Positions 62,838 through 64,000 of a stretch of 64,000 nucleotides of DNA are shown here, one piece after another. Each line of letters opens with the position of its first letter. Within the stretch, counting starts at the first letter, position 1. The translations under genes were made by a program, and so were the position numbers. The stretch is from an uncultured delta proteobacterium. Lineage in GTDB: Bacteria; Myxococcota_A; Polyangia; Polyangiales; Polyangiaceae. The DNA is taken from assembly GCA_963696385.1 (NCBI GenBank), contig CAVOKF010000008.1, positions 1 to 64,000 on the forward strand, read 5' to 3'. The notes below the pieces were generated by a model. It made no database searches, had not been told where the DNA came from, and saw nothing but the letters and a program-made list of their open reading frames with translations.

Positions 62838-64000
62838 ATGTGGGCCGACTTCGGTGTCATCGAAATCGCCGACCGCGTTCAGCGTGGCGAAATCACCGCG
62901 CAACAGGTCACTTCCGCCGCGCTCGCGCACATCGCAGCCACCGACGGAGAGGTGCAGGCGTTTCTCTGCGTCGGGCACGCCGCGGCGATCGCGCAGGCCC
63001 GCGCGATCGACGAGCAACAATCGCGCGGTGAGCGCGTGGGCCCACTTGCGGGTGTGCCCATCGCGATCAAGGACGCCATCTGCACCCGCGGACTGCCAAC
63101 GACCGCGGGGTCAAAAATCCTCGCCGGGTACATGCCGCCTTACGACGCAACCGTCATCGAACGGCTGCGCGCTGCCGGAGCCGTCCTCGTCGGAAAAACG
63201 AATATGGACGAGTTCGCGATGGGTTCGTCCAACGAGAACAGCGCGTTCGGGCCCGTCAAAAACCCGTGGAACACCACGCTTACCCCTGGCGGTTCGTCGG
63301 GCGGGAGTGCGGCCGCCGTAGCCGCGCGCATGACCCCTTGTGCCCTCGGAAGCGACACCGGCGGATCCATCCGACAGCCCGCGAGCCTCACCGGAACTGT
63401 AGGCATCAAACCGACCTATGGCCGGGTCCCTCGCTACGGGCTCATCGCCTTCGCATCGAGCCTCGATCAGATCGGCCCGCTGGCGACCGACGTGCGCAGC
63501 GCGGCGCGCGTTCTGTCCGTAATCTCAGGGCACGATCCGCGAGACTCGACGTCGCTCGACGTTCCGGTGCCCGATTTCGAGCAGGCGTGCGGACGAAGCG
63601 TCCGTGGGATCCGAGTGGGGATACCCGCAGAGTACTTTGTCGACGGTCTCGACCCGGAGGTCGCGACAAGCGTTCGAGCGGCGGTTCGCGAACTGCAGGC
63701 CGAGGGATGCGTGGTGCGGCCCGTGAGCCTGCCCCATACCCGATTCGCTGTGGGAACGTACTACGTGCTGGCCACCGCGGAAGCGTCCAGCAATCTCGCT
63801 CGATTCGACGGGGTGCGCTTCGGCTTGCGGGTGGGCACGGGCGCAAGCGGACACGATCTTCGAGCGATGTATGGGGCCACGCGCGATGCCGGGTTCGGCG
63901 CCGAAGTGAAGCGCCGGATCCTGCTCGGAACGTTTGTCCTCTCTTCCGGGTACTACGATGCGTATTATTTGAAGGCGCAGAAGGTGCGCACGCTGATTCG
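62838..64000 (+). CDS. gatA: Asp/Glu-tRNA amidotransferase subunit A (runs off the window end; GTG at 62829 is an alternative start)
   Basis: Read manually: [54 protein letters not shown]. Confidence 0.95.
   Translation, partial: MWADFGVIEIADRVQRGEITAQQVTSAALAHIAATDGEVQAFLCVGHAAAIAQARAIDEQQSRGERVGPLAGVPIAIKDAICTRGLPTTAGSKILAGYMPPYDATVIERLRAAGAVLVGKTNMDEFAMGSSNENSAFGPVKNPWNTTLTPGGSSGGSAAAVAARMTPCALGSDTGGSIRQPASLTGTVGIKPTYGRVPRYGLIAFASSLDQIGPLATDVRSAARVLSVISGHDPRDSTSLDVPVPDFEQACGRSVRGIRVGIPAEYFVDGLDPEVATSVRAAVRELQAEGCVVRPVSLPHTRFAVGTYYVLATAEASSNLARFDGVRFGLRVGTGASGHDLRAMYGATRDAGFGAEVKRRILLGTFVLSSGYYDAYYLKAQKVRTLI

Overview
High-GC bacterial chromosome segment. Gene content (eukaryote-like Ser/Thr kinase, fatty acyl-AMP ligase, IleRS2, tRNA-Val/tRNA-Asp locus) suggests Myxococcota, probably Polyangiaceae-like; this is inference. 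All family calls are from motif recognition, not database searches. Bases 1 to ~21,800 are a mosaic, partly decayed genomic island anchored at tRNA-Asp by a tyrosine integrase whose last codons are read antisense through the tRNA (Mx8-style att inside int). The island carries a primase/helicase module with an iteron-like origin, remnants of a conjugative element (virD4/traG fragment, broken relaxase, oriT-like site) and a second tRNA-derived att scar at 14.4 kb. It also carries two adjacent candidate antiphage NTPases: a nuclease-STAND protein and an NDT/TIR-like-Sll1717 ATPase that is cleanly split by an IS1634 element. The rest is core genome: lon, clpX, clpP, tig, parAB, folD, lgt, lspA, a DUF1998 helicase, ileS, thiE/thiG, tsf, rpsB, gatCA. 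Most notable in the core region are (i) a FAAL + 3 ACP + KS/chain-length-factor + serine-palmitoyltransferase-like cluster, a candidate sphingolipid/aminolipid pathway; (ii) an IleRS with KESKS instead of KMSKS followed by a ~105-aa double-psi-barrel-like insertion; and (iii) several 55-81 bp tandem arrays whose edge copy overlaps the start or stop codon of the neighbouring gene. A frameshift in essential tsf suggests that some single-base frameshifts are sequencing errors.
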